A stretch of DNA of 64,000 nt from Actinomycetota bacterium (GTDB lineage Bacteria > Actinomycetota > Actinomycetes > S36-B12), in NCBI GenBank assembly GCA_046046455.1, contig JBJOJS010000066.1, positions 64,861-128,860 on the forward strand. The letters run 5' to 3'. Both the position numbers and the translations under genes were made by a program. Within the stretch, counting starts at the first letter, position 1. Every line of letters starts with the position of its first letter. The notes beneath the pieces are model-generated. The model ran no database searches. It saw nothing but the letters and a program-made list of their open reading frames with translations, and was not told the origin of the DNA. This document shows, one piece after another, positions 49,609-58,677 of this stretch.

Positions 49609-50095
49609 CGCGCTCAGCGGACTGCCCTGCCGCGTCGGTCGGCACTTCATCGGCCTGCCTCGGACTCCCCATCGTCGAGGCAATGAGCACACCGCCGATG
49701 ATCGCCACGGTGAGGCTGTAGAAGCCGAGCATCACCTCAACGGGAAATCCCTCTGCCTCGCCGGCAAAGGGCCGGAGGATCACCAGCAGCAGCGGCTGGA
49801 GCACAGCGGACGCAAGGAGCGCAATCCCCGTCCACCGCGGGCGCAGGAACGCCGCGGGGACCATGAGAGCGAGCGCTAAGGCGCCGAGGGCGATCGCCCA
49901 CATGTCTCCCGACGAGAGCCACGTCCCCATGCCGATCGCGGTCGAGAAGAGCGCACGTAGCGACAGCAACACGATGCCGACGATCCAGACGGTGCGGTGA
50001 ATCGCGGGCTCACGCCCCGCGACGAAGGACACGACAAGCACGGCAATGGCTAAGGCCATGCCGACAGAGACATCAACGTAGATAGCCCAGTTCAT
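49595..50095 (-). CDS. Hypothetical polytopic membrane protein (about 5 TM helices)
   Basis: Start set at ATG 50095 within ORF 49595..50494, preceded by GGAGG. The 166-aa protein ([27 protein letters not shown]...) has alternating hydrophobic segments. It lies 70 nt downstream of the nuoI-like gene on the same strand. Confidence 0.7.
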   Translation of the reverse strand: MNWAIYVDVSVGMALAIAVLVVSFVAGREPAIHRTVWIVGIVLLSLRALFSTAIGMGTWLSSGDMWAIALGALALALMVPAAFLRPRWTGIALLASAVLQPLLLVILRPFAGEAEGFPVEVMLGFYSLTVAIIGGVLIASTMGSPRQADEVPTDAAGQSAERVSGS

Positions 50096-50165
50096 GGTGG
50101 CACCTCCACCACCAGGGTGAGCTCGACCGACGCGTAGGCACCAGGGCCTGATGTCCACTGACCGG

Positions 50166-50501
50166 TCAGGGAGCGCGGAAGTCCTCGAGGCGCTCGATGC
50201 CGTGGCGCAGTCCCTGCACCTGCGACGCCGGGTAGTCGTGCTGGGGCACCCAGTGCAGGGCGTCGAAGGGACACACCTCCACGCAGATCCCGCAGTACAT
50301 GCACAGGCCCCAGTCGATGGTGAAGGAGTCGAGCACGGCCACGCTCCGCGGCCGCCGAGCGCCGGGCTCGCTGACCTCTTCGTTGTGGCTCTCGATGTGG
50401 ATGCACCAGTCGGGGCACTCCTTGACGCAGAGCATGCACGAGGTGCACGCGGCCGCGTCGAGGGCGATCGCACCTCGCGCCTGGGGCGGCACATCCGTCA
50501 T
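50166..50501 (-). CDS. NuoI-like 2x[4Fe-4S] ferredoxin-type protein
   Basis: ORF 50166..50516. ATG 50501 forms an ATGA overlap with the upstream stop. Two CxxCxxCxxxCP motifs are present (CTSCMLCVKECP, CMYCGICVEVCP) with NuoI-like spacing; 111 aa. Confidence 0.85.
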   Translation of the reverse strand: MTDVPPQARGAIALDAAACTSCMLCVKECPDWCIHIESHNEEVSEPGARRPRSVAVLDSFTIDWGLCMYCGICVEVCPFDALHWVPQHDYPASQVQGLRHGIERLEDFRAP

Positions 50502-50965
50502 CGCTGCTCCAGCCACTCAGGGGGTACGCCGGGCACGCTCACCCGACGCCTGCCCGACTCCTCGGCACCGGGCCACGGGGTCTCGAGGCGCGCGGCGAGC
50601 GGAGTGTCCTTGCGCAACGGTGGCGGTCCGTCTATGCCGTGGAGCAGCAGCGGGCGCAGGTCGCGGTGACCTCGCATCTCGACGCCGAACATCTCGTGGA
50701 TCTCGCGCTCGTGCCAGGCCGCGGCGGGCAGCACGCCCGTCACGGAATCGAGTACGGGAGCCCCGCGGTCGAGAAGGGTGTGACCCCAGACCTCCTCCCG
50801 ACCACCGCCCGGGGGGCGGCGTAGGAGGTGGATGACGACCTCGATCTGCCCGGACTGCGGCCGATCCACCGCTGTGAGCAGGTCGAGGCGGTCGTAGCCC
50901 TCGGCCACACGCCGCGCGACCTCGGCAGCCCACGGGTCCCAGTTCTCACCGGGTGGGCCGCTCAC
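50498..50965 (-). CDS. NuoC-like (30 kDa subunit family) protein, short form
   Basis: GTG 50965 ([12 protein letters not shown]...) lies in a GTGA overlap with the nuoB-like stop. The NuoC signature is [27 protein letters not shown]...PLRKDTPL; 155 aa. Confidence 0.82.
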   Translation of the reverse strand: MSGPPGENWDPWAAEVARRVAEGYDRLDLLTAVDRPQSGQIEVVIHLLRRPPGGGREEVWGHTLLDRGAPVLDSVTGVLPAAAWHEREIHEMFGVEMRGHRDLRPLLLHGIDGPPPLRKDTPLAARLETPWPGAEESGRRRVSVPGVPPEWLEQR

Positions 50966-51372
50966 GAGGGCACCACCAGCGAGACGAGAGCATCGACGAG
51001 CGCCTCCGGTCGGGGCGGGCAGCCGGGCACGTAGGTCGACACCGGAATCACCTGATCGACACCCTTCGTGACGGAGTAGGAATCCCAGTAGGGGCCGCCG
51101 GAGTTGCTGCAGGCGCCGAAGGACACCGCGGCCTTGGGCTCGGGGAGTGCCTCCCAGGCGGCCAGCACCTGCGGGGCGAGCGCGTCGGTCACGGTGCCGG
51201 AGACGACGAGGACCGATGCACCGCCGGGGCCGGAGCCATCCACCGGCACGAGCAGGCCACGGCCAACAGCCGCGGCGAACTCCACCGCGCAGCACGCGAG
51301 GCCGACGTCGCGGACGTGGATCCGGACATCGGGGCGCGCCGCCACGGCGTACACGCGCTGCTCCCGAGCCAT
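50962..51372 (-). CDS. NuoB-like / [NiFe]-hydrogenase small-subunit-like [4Fe-4S] protein, short form
   Basis: Start set at ATG 51372 ([10 protein letters not shown]...) within ORF 50962..51729; 136 aa. All four N2-cluster cysteines are retained: C27 and C28 (GLACCAVEF), C88 ([11 protein letters not shown]) and C118 (VPGCPPRPE). Confidence 0.82.
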   Translation of the reverse strand: MAREQRVYAVAARPDVRIHVRDVGLACCAVEFAAAVGRGLLVPVDGSGPGGASVLVVSGTVTDALAPQVLAAWEALPEPKAAVSFGACSNSGGPYWDSYSVTKGVDQVIPVSTYVPGCPPRPEALVDALVSLVVPS

Positions 51373-51453
51373 CCGGGCAGCGTAATGGGCACCCGGCACC
51401 CGTCCCGCGAGTCGGCACCATCCCCCCGGCGGAAACGGGAGCATGGGTGGAGA

Positions 51454-53367
51454 ATGACCGAGGCTCCCATCCATGACGGGGTGGCCCCTGTCGATGAAGA
51501 GGTGAACGTGAGCACCCAGGCCAAGTCGGTCGTCCCCCTCGGCCACGTCGTGATCCGATTCGCCGGCGACTCCGGTGATGGCATGCAGCTCACGGGCGAC
51601 CGCTTCACGTCCGAGACCGCGGGTCTCGGCAACGACCTGTCCACCCTGCCGGACTTCCCCGCTGAGATCCGTGCGCCCGCCGGCACCCTGGCGGGCGTCT
51701 CCGCCTTCCAACTGCACTTCGCCGACCACGACATCATGACTCCCGGTGACCGCCCCGATGTGCTCGTCGCCATGAACCCCGCGGCGCTCAAGGCCAACAT
51801 TCGCGACCTGCGCCCGGGCTGCGACCTGATCATCAACACCGACGAGTTCACCAAGCGCAATCTCGAGAAGGTCGGCTACACCTCGAATCCGCTCGAGGAC
51901 GGCTCACTCGATGCCTTCGCCGTGCACGACATGGCCCTCACGTCGATGACGGTGGAAGCTCTGTCGGGCTTCGACATCTCCAAGAAGGACGCCGAGCGCG
52001 CCAAGAACATGTTCGCCCTGGGCCTGCTGTGCTGGCTCTACAGCCGCCCCACCGACGGCACGATCGACTACCTCAGGGCGAAGTTCGCAAAGAAGCCCGA
52101 GATCCTCGCCGCCAACATCGCCGCCTTCGAGGCGGGCTGGTCCTACGGAGAGACGACCGAGACCTTCTCGGTGCGCTACGAGGTCAAGCCCGCACCGATG
52201 GCATCGGGCACCTACCGCAACATCACCGGCAATCCCGCACTCGCCTACGGCCTCATCGCCGCGTCGAAGCAGTCGGGTCTGCCGCTCTTCCTCGGCTCCT
52301 ACCCGATCACGCCGGCGTCCGACATCCTTCACGAGCTGAGCAAGCACAAGAACTTCGGCGTCGTCACCTTCCAGGCGGAGGATGAGATCGCCGGCATCGG
52401 CGCGGCGCTCGGGGCGTCGTACGCCGGATCCCTCGGAGTGACGACCACGTCCGGTCCCGGCATCGCGCTCAAGTCGGAGACCATCGGCCTCGCCGTCTCA
52501 CTCGAGCTGCCGCTCATCATCGTCGACGTACAGCGCGGTGGGCCGTCCACGGGCCTGCCCACCAAGACCGAGCAATCCGACCTGCTCCAGGCGATGTTCG
52601 GTCGCAACGGCGAGGCACCCGTCCCGATCGTGGCGCCACGCTCGCCCGGAGATTGCTTCGATGCCGCCGTCGAGGCCGCCCGCATCGCCGTGACCTATCG
52701 GACGCCGGTCTTCCTGCTCTCCGACGGCTACCTCGCCAACGGATCGGAGCCGTGGCGGATCCCCGAGTTGGATTCCCTCCCCATGATCGATCCGGACTTC
52801 ACCACGGAGCCCAATCGCGAGGACGGCAGCTTCTGGCCCTACCTCCGCGATGAGGAGACCCTGGCGCGCCCGTGGGCCATCCCGGGTACGCCGGGCCTCG
52901 AGCACCGCATCGGAGGCCTCGAGAAGGCTGACGGCAGCGGCAACATCTCCTACGACCCGGAGAACCATGACCGCATGGTGCGGCTGCGCCAGGCCAAGGT
53001 CGATGCGATCGCACGGACCATCCCCCCGCTCGAGGTCGATGACCCGACCGGGGATGCGCGCGTCCTGGTCTTGGGCTGGGGCTCGACGTACGGCCCCATC
53101 GGCGCCGCCTGCCGCAATGTGCGCGCACAGGGCATGTCCGTCGCCCAGGCGCACCTGCGGCATCTCAATCCCTTCCCGGCCAACACCGGTGAGGTCCTGC
53201 GTAGCTATGACCGCGTCATCATCCCCGAGATGAATCTCGGGCAGCTTGCGCTGCTCATCAGGGGCAAGTACCTCGTCGATGCCATCGGCTACAACCAGGT
53301 GCGGGGCCTGCCCTTCACCTCCGAGGAGCTCAGCACCACCATCGCCGACGTGATCGGGAGCCTGTGA
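51454..53367 (+). CDS. korA: 2-oxoglutarate:ferredoxin oxidoreductase subunit alpha (KorA)
   Basis: Start set at ATG 51454 (MTEAPIHDG..., GGTGGAG upstream) within ORF 50953..53367; 637 aa. [25 protein letters not shown]...[19 protein letters not shown] matches KorA. Confidence 0.92.
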   Translation: MTEAPIHDGVAPVDEEVNVSTQAKSVVPLGHVVIRFAGDSGDGMQLTGDRFTSETAGLGNDLSTLPDFPAEIRAPAGTLAGVSAFQLHFADHDIMTPGDRPDVLVAMNPAALKANIRDLRPGCDLIINTDEFTKRNLEKVGYTSNPLEDGSLDAFAVHDMALTSMTVEALSGFDISKKDAERAKNMFALGLLCWLYSRPTDGTIDYLRAKFAKKPEILAANIAAFEAGWSYGETTETFSVRYEVKPAPMASGTYRNITGNPALAYGLIAASKQSGLPLFLGSYPITPASDILHELSKHKNFGVVTFQAEDEIAGIGAALGASYAGSLGVTTTSGPGIALKSETIGLAVSLELPLIIVDVQRGGPSTGLPTKTEQSDLLQAMFGRNGEAPVPIVAPRSPGDCFDAAVEAARIAVTYRTPVFLLSDGYLANGSEPWRIPELDSLPMIDPDFTTEPNREDGSFWPYLRDEETLARPWAIPGTPGLEHRIGGLEKADGSGNISYDPENHDRMVRLRQAKVDAIARTIPPLEVDDPTGDARVLVLGWGSTYGPIGAACRNVRAQGMSVAQAHLRHLNPFPANTGEVLRSYDRVIIPEMNLGQLALLIRGKYLVDAIGYNQVRGLPFTSEELSTTIADVIGSL

Positions 53368-53371
53368 CGCC

Positions 53372-54430
53372 ATGACCGCCACCGACCTGCCCATGCCCGG
53401 CCTGGCTCTCGTCCCGCGCACGGACGAGAAGCAGACCGCCAAGGACTTCAAGACCGACCAGGAGGTGCGCTGGTGCCCCGGGTGCGGTGACTACGCCATC
53501 CTCGCGGCGGTGCAGGGCTTCCTCCCGGAGCTCGGCCTGCGCAAAGAGAACATCGTCTTCGTCTCGGGCATCGGCTGCTCATCGCGCTTCCCCTACTACA
53601 TGGACACCTACGGTGTGCACTCGATCCACGGGCGCGCGCCGGCGATCGCGACGGGGATCGCGATCACGCGCCCCGACCTTTCGGTGTGGGTCGTCACCGG
53701 CGACGGCGATGCACTGTCCATCGGCGGCAACCACCTCATCCATGCGCTGCGCCGCAACGTCAACCTCAAGATCCTGCTCTTCAACAACAGGATCTACGGC
53801 CTGACCAAGGGCCAGTACTCGCCGACGTCGGAGACGGGCAAGGTCACCAAGTCCACCCCTCTGGGCTCACTGGACCACTCGTTCAATCCGGTGTCGATCG
53901 CCCTCGGCGCCGAGGCGTCGTTCGTGGCGCGCACGGTCGACTCCGACCGCAAGCACCTCACCGAGACACTGCGACGTGCCGCCGCGCACGAGGGCACCGC
54001 CCTCGTGGAGATCCTGCAGAACTGCAATATCTTCAACGACGGCGCCTGGGAGCCGCTCAAGGACGCCGAGACCAGCGACGACTACCTCATCCGGCTCGTC
54101 GACGGTGAGCAGGTGCGCTTCGGCAAGGACCGCGCCAAGGTCGTCGTCCGCGGCGAGCAGGGCCACCTTGCCATCGCCGACGCTGACTCCGTCGACGAGT
54201 CGGAGATCATCGTCTTCGACTCGCACGCTGAGGATCCCGGCCTCGCCTTCGCGCTCTCCCGACTGGCCGACATCCACTCCCTGCGCGACACCGCCATCGG
54301 CGTCTTCCGCGACGTGCAGCGGCCGGCCTACGACCGCCTCGTGCGCGAGCAGGTCGCCCACGTGCGCGAGTCAGGCGAGGGCGACCTCGAGGCCTTGATC
54401 CGCGGCAAGGACACCTGGACAGTCTCCTGA
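53372..54430 (+). CDS. korB: 2-oxoglutarate:ferredoxin oxidoreductase subunit beta (KorB, TPP-binding)
   Basis: 352 aa. WCPGCGDYAIL...GIGCSSRFPYY...VVTGDGDALSIGGNHLIHALRRNVNLKILLFNNRIYGLTKGQ matches KorB. Confidence 0.94.
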   Translation: MTATDLPMPGLALVPRTDEKQTAKDFKTDQEVRWCPGCGDYAILAAVQGFLPELGLRKENIVFVSGIGCSSRFPYYMDTYGVHSIHGRAPAIATGIAITRPDLSVWVVTGDGDALSIGGNHLIHALRRNVNLKILLFNNRIYGLTKGQYSPTSETGKVTKSTPLGSLDHSFNPVSIALGAEASFVARTVDSDRKHLTETLRRAAAHEGTALVEILQNCNIFNDGAWEPLKDAETSDDYLIRLVDGEQVRFGKDRAKVVVRGEQGHLAIADADSVDESEIIVFDSHAEDPGLAFALSRLADIHSLRDTAIGVFRDVQRPAYDRLVREQVAHVRESGEGDLEALIRGKDTWTVS

Positions 54431-54498
54431 GCACCAAGCCCCGCTCCGAATTCACCACGGGCCTGCTCTTCGGCATCGCCGCCTACGGCCTGTGGGGG

Positions 54499-55359
54499 AT
54501 GTTTCCGCTCTACTTCTCGCTGTTCGACGACGTCAATCCGGTCGAGGTCGTCGCCTACCGGATCGTGTGGTCGCTGGCCTTCTGCCTGCTGCTCCTGCTC
54601 ATCATGCGCGGTGGCTGGCGCGAGGTCGGCCGCACGCTGCGCGATCGGCGCAGCCTCGGCCTGCTCACGCTTGCCTCTACCGCGATTGCGATCAACTGGA
54701 CGACGTACGTCTACTCCGTGTCGACCAACCAGGTGGTCGAAGCCGCGCTCGGCTACTTCATCAATCCCCTCGTTTCGGTGGCCATGGGCATCGTGATCCT
54801 GCGCGAGCGACTGCGCGCACCCCAGTGGACAGCGGTGGGGATCGCGGGCGTGGGCGTGCTCATCATCGGCATCGCCGAGGGGGCAGCGCCATGGATCGGC
54901 ATCATCCTGGCGCTGAGCTTCGGCAGCTACGGGCTGCTCAAGAAACTCGCGGGCGTCGGGGCGGTCACCGGCCTCACGGTCGAGACCCTCGTCCTGCTGC
55001 CCATGGCCGGCGTCGTCCTGGGCTACTTCGAGGTGCAGGGCAGCGCTGCGATGGCGAGCAGCGGTTGGGGGATGGGTGTCCTCCTCGCACTCCTCGGACC
55101 CGTGACCGCTATCCCCCTCATGTGGTACGCCGCGGCTGCGAATCGTCTGCCCCTGGCCACCCTCGGCGTCCTGCAGTACTCCACACCGACGGTCATCTTC
55201 ATCCTGGGCATCACCGTCTTCGGTGACGCCGTCAACACCGGGGAGTGGATTGGCTTCAGCCTCATCTGGCTGGCGCTGGCGATCTTCTCCACCGACGCGA
55301 TCCGGAGAGGGCGCCGACCATCGACGATCGACGCTCTTGAGGTCGCCGAGCCGACCTAG
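54499..55359 (+). CDS. rarD: EamA/RarD family transporter
   Basis: 286 aa from ATG 54499, with the RarD-like motif ALGYFINPLVSVAMGIVILRERL. Conserved TM1 residues (TGLLFGIAAYGLWG) are encoded in frame upstream with no ATG/GTG/TTG available. The true start may therefore be CTG 54427, overlapping the korB stop (see findings). Confidence 0.88.
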   Translation: MFPLYFSLFDDVNPVEVVAYRIVWSLAFCLLLLLIMRGGWREVGRTLRDRRSLGLLTLASTAIAINWTTYVYSVSTNQVVEAALGYFINPLVSVAMGIVILRERLRAPQWTAVGIAGVGVLIIGIAEGAAPWIGIILALSFGSYGLLKKLAGVGAVTGLTVETLVLLPMAGVVLGYFEVQGSAAMASSGWGMGVLLALLGPVTAIPLMWYAAAANRLPLATLGVLQYSTPTVIFILGITVFGDAVNTGEWIGFSLIWLALAIFSTDAIRRGRRPSTIDALEVAEPT

Positions 55360-56165
55360 ATGCCCGCGCGCTTGGCCTTGTCCAGGATCTCCGCACGACC
55401 GCTCGCCCCGAGCAGGTGCCCCAGGGCCGTGATGTCGGCCTTGATGGTGGCGACGCTGTATCCGAGGTCCTCGGCGATCTCGCGGTTGCTCCTGCCTTCG
55501 CGCATGAGCAGAAGCACCTCCCTCTGGCGCGCAGTGATCTCCAGGGGAGCCGTCTCGGTGAGGTTGGAGTTCGCGGTGCCACGCAGGGCGGAGGACGCGA
55601 GCACCCACATCACGGTCGCGCTCAGCAGGCCGTCGATCGTCGCCCGCAGATGCCAGGTGTGCTCGATCGGTCCGGAGAAGCCGAGGATGACGAAGCCGAT
55701 GGGGGCACCGCGGTGCCGCAGCGGCAGGAAGGCCATCTCCCCCTGGGCCGACAGGCTGCGAAAGAACGGCGCAGCCAGCGGATACGTGTCCGCGACCTGC
55801 TCCTTGGTGAGCCATTTCTCCGTGCCGATGCGGAAGGTCTCGGCACCAGGAAGGTGCATGTCCGCGCTCACCTTCGCGTAGACGGCGTTCTCCCGACGGC
55901 CCATGCCGAAGGACGCCACCAGGTCCAGCGTGCGGCCATCGGGGCGCGCGGCGTAGACGAGGGCGAGGTCGGCACCGAAGGGGGCGAAGAGGCCACGGCA
56001 GATGGCGAACCCCACGGCATCCCCATCAGGGAGGTCGCTGAGCATCCAGAGGTAGGAGATCAGCGAGGTGCCATCGAGGGCGAAGTCCTCAGGGCGAGCG
56101 ATGTCTCCCAGGCGCGGCTCTTCCGGATCCGACCGAACGGCCGGACTCGCCTTGCGTCTGGCCAT
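55356..56165 (-). CDS. LuxR-family transcriptional regulator with N-terminal GAF-like sensor domain
   Basis: 269 aa. The C-terminal HTH is LEITARQREVLLLMREGRSNREIAEDLGYSVATIKADITALGHLLG. The GAF-like assignment of the N-terminal 190 aa is tentative. A 4-nt convergent overlap joins it to rarD. Confidence 0.82.
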   Translation of the reverse strand: MARRKASPAVRSDPEEPRLGDIARPEDFALDGTSLISYLWMLSDLPDGDAVGFAICRGLFAPFGADLALVYAARPDGRTLDLVASFGMGRRENAVYAKVSADMHLPGAETFRIGTEKWLTKEQVADTYPLAAPFFRSLSAQGEMAFLPLRHRGAPIGFVILGFSGPIEHTWHLRATIDGLLSATVMWVLASSALRGTANSNLTETAPLEITARQREVLLLMREGRSNREIAEDLGYSVATIKADITALGHLLGASGRAEILDKAKRAGI

Positions 56166-56376
56166 GCGCTTCCCCCTTCCCCTCCGCCCAAGGCTATAGC
56201 CGGTCTATAGCCCCCGCGATGGGCGGCATCTGCGCCAAGGGGCCGGTAAACCTATGACGTCCGCCAGTCGCGGGGGTGGCGGAACGGGCTCGACTCGCCG
56301 CCTCGCACCGCCGGGGGGATGCGGTGCCGACACGGCGAGTCGAGTCCCGATACCCGGACCTTCCTAGGCTAGGGCT

Positions 56377-57588
56377 GTGCCGACACCCACCCACGCCTCC
56401 GAGTCTCTGGCGACCGATCCCTACTCCACGCCCGAGCGCCGCGCCCTGCGCGCCCTGGTGACCGACTTCACGGTCCGGGAGATCGCCCCGCATCTCCCCG
56501 CCTGGGAGCGCACCGGCGAGCTGCCCCGGGAGTTGCATCGCGCCGCGGCCGAGGCCGGGATCCTGGGCATCGGATTCCCCGAGGAGGTCGGCGGATCGGG
56601 TGGCGATCTCATCGACGTCGCAGTGATGACCGAGGCCCTCCTCGAGGCCGGCGGCAGCGGCGGAGTCATCTCGGGGCTCTTCAGCCACGGCATCGCCCTG
56701 CCCCATGTGGTCGACGAGGCCGAGCGTCGACGTCAGCGCGGCGACGCGGCCGGGGCCGATGACCTCGTCGAGCGCGTCATCGCGCCCGTCCTGCGCGGCG
56801 AGGCCATCGCAAGCCTTGCGGTCACCGAGCCCGACGGAGGCTCCGACGTGGCGCGACTGCGCACCCGCGCCACCCGTATCGATGGTGGCTGGGAGGTCTC
56901 CGGGGCGAAGGTCTACATCACCTCCGGCGTGCGTGCCGATGTCGTCGTAGCCGCGGTGCGCACCGGCACCCCTGAGGACGGTGCCGCCGGCATCTCCCTG
57001 GCCCTGCTGGATCCTCGCGCGCACGGCTATGCCGCCCCCCGTCGCCTGGAGAAGATGGGCTGGTGGTGCAGCGACACCGCCGAGCTGTCCTTCGACGCCG
57101 TACGCGTGCCCGAGGGCGACCTCCTCGGGGAGGGCCAGGGCTTCGCGTCGCTCGCGCGCCACTTCGTCTCCGAACGCATCAGCATCGCAGTGACGGCGTA
57201 CTCCACCGCCCAGCGCGCTCTGGATCTCACCGTCGACTGGGCGCGCACGCGCGAGACCTTCGGCCGTCCGCTCGTCTCCCGTCAGGTTGTGCGCCACACG
57301 CTCGTGGAGATGGCCCGGCAGGTGGATGTGGCCCGGGTCTACACGCGGGATGTCGCCCAGCGCTACGCCTCAGGCGAGGAGGTCATCCTGCCCGCCGTCC
57401 AGGCCAAGAAGACCGCCGTTGCGGCCTGCGAATACGTCGTCGACCGGGCCGTACAGTTCCACGGCGGCATGGGCTACATGCGGGAGAGCGAGGTTGAGCG
57501 CCACTACCGTGATGCCCGAGTACTGGGGATCGGTGGCGGAGCGACCGAGGTCATGGACGACCTTGCCGCTCGCCTCCTCGGCTACTAG
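56377..57588 (+). CDS. Acyl-CoA dehydrogenase
   Basis: 403 aa. LAVTEPDGGSDVARLRT...GAKVYITSG...VQFHGGMGYMRESEVERHYRDARVLGIGGGATEV includes the catalytic Glu region. Confidence 0.92.
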   Translation: MPTPTHASESLATDPYSTPERRALRALVTDFTVREIAPHLPAWERTGELPRELHRAAAEAGILGIGFPEEVGGSGGDLIDVAVMTEALLEAGGSGGVISGLFSHGIALPHVVDEAERRRQRGDAAGADDLVERVIAPVLRGEAIASLAVTEPDGGSDVARLRTRATRIDGGWEVSGAKVYITSGVRADVVVAAVRTGTPEDGAAGISLALLDPRAHGYAAPRRLEKMGWWCSDTAELSFDAVRVPEGDLLGEGQGFASLARHFVSERISIAVTAYSTAQRALDLTVDWARTRETFGRPLVSRQVVRHTLVEMARQVDVARVYTRDVAQRYASGEEVILPAVQAKKTAVAACEYVVDRAVQFHGGMGYMRESEVERHYRDARVLGIGGGATEVMDDLAARLLGY

Positions 57589-57596
57589 GCCCTCAC

Positions 57597-57657
57597 GTTG
57601 CACTTGCCCGTGTGGTCGCTCACTCGGTGACTTAGCGACCACACGGGCAAGTACAAC
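57597..57657. terminator. Long palindrome between convergent genes (probable bidirectional terminator)
   Basis: acttgcccgtgtggtcgct / agcgaccacacgggcaagt forms a 19-bp perfect stem (57602-57620 with 57634-57652) and a 13-nt loop. The stem extends to 57597-57657 with one mismatch. It lies 9 nt after the acyl-CoA dehydrogenase stop and 12 nt after the polyprenyl synthase stop. Confidence 0.7.
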
Positions 57658-57668
57658 GCCAGGAGGCG

Positions 57669-58667
57669 TCAGCCAGTGCGCGTGACGACGTAGTCGCACA
57701 GCGTCGTGAGCGCATCGCGCGCACCACCCTCGGGCAGCACCACGAGCGTCTCGCGCGCGCGATCAGCCCAGTCACGCGCCTCGATGCGCGCGGCATCCAG
57801 GGCCGGGTGGTCACGGAGGCGCTTGAGCGCCTCGGCGTGGTCGACGTCATCGTCCAGTGGGCGCGTGAGGAGATCGCGCAGGCGCGGATCGTCATCTGTG
57901 GCGAGCGCGATGAGCGCCGTGAGGGTCGGCACTCCTTCACGCAGGTCGGTCCCCGGCACCTTGCCCGAGGCATCGGAGTCGCTGACGATGTCGACGATGT
58001 CATCAGCGAGCTGGAAGGCCACGCCGATCTGCTCTCCGAAGGCCGTCATCGTCTCGATGACCTCCGGGGTCGCCCCCGACATCATCGCGCCGAACCTGCC
58101 CGAGGTCGCGATGAGGGAGCCGGTCTTGTCCGCGAGGACGCGCAGGTGGTGGGCCACTGCATCATCGCCGTCCGGGCCGATGGTCTCGCGGATCTGGCCG
58201 GTGCACAGACGCTCGAAAGTCCGCGCCTGGATGCGCACGGCCTCCGGACCGAGATCTGCCAGGATGTCCGAGGCCTTGGCGAAGAGGAAGTCACCGGTGA
58301 GGATGGCGACGGAGTTGTCCCAGCGGGCATTGGCCGAAGCCGCACCGCGGCGCAGGTCTGCCTCATCCATGACGTCGTCGTGATAGAGCGTCGCCAGATG
58401 GGTGAGTTCGACGACGACAGCGGCGGGTACAACGCCGGGGGCATCCGGATCGCCGAACTGCGCGGCGAGGAGCACCAGCAGGGGCCGGAAGCGCTTGCCT
58501 CCCGCATCGACCAGGTGGCGGGAGGCCTCGGTGACGAAGGGATAGTCGCTGCGGACCGAGTCGCGCAGGAGGTCCTCGACCTGAGCCATCCCAGCACCGA
58601 GCCGGACCTCGAGGGCGGGATCGATCACCCCCAGGCCCATCAGCGACCCAGAGGGATGCGGGCTCAT
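57669..58667 (-). CDS. Polyprenyl diphosphate synthase (menaquinone side-chain type)
   Basis: 332 aa. The two Asp-rich motifs are LYHDDVMDEADLRRG and FQLADDIVD. It lies directly downstream of nuoN. Confidence 0.92.
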   Translation of the reverse strand: MSPHPSGSLMGLGVIDPALEVRLGAGMAQVEDLLRDSVRSDYPFVTEASRHLVDAGGKRFRPLLVLLAAQFGDPDAPGVVPAAVVVELTHLATLYHDDVMDEADLRRGAASANARWDNSVAILTGDFLFAKASDILADLGPEAVRIQARTFERLCTGQIRETIGPDGDDAVAHHLRVLADKTGSLIATSGRFGAMMSGATPEVIETMTAFGEQIGVAFQLADDIVDIVSDSDASGKVPGTDLREGVPTLTALIALATDDDPRLRDLLTRPLDDDVDHAEALKRLRDHPALDAARIEARDWADRARETLVVLPEGGARDALTTLCDYVVTRTG

Positions 58668-58677
58668 GGCTAGACCA

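Noticed and set aside
50096-50165. Possible missing nuoD/nuoH-like small gene between the nuoI-like gene and the membrane protein
   Set aside because: The gap is only 70 nt with no ORF, and the upstream region 51373-51453 is likewise too short. A large-subunit partner is truly absent from this locus.
54328-55815. 495-aa minus-strand ORF spanning rarD and the LuxR gene region, with similar ORFs at 56194..57297, 52498..53451, 42204..42758 and 38319..39236
   Set aside because: They are antisense or alternative-frame shadows of well-supported genes (rarD, acyl-CoA dehydrogenase, korA, SDR, aminotransferase) and have His/Arg/Asp/Gly-rich junk composition.
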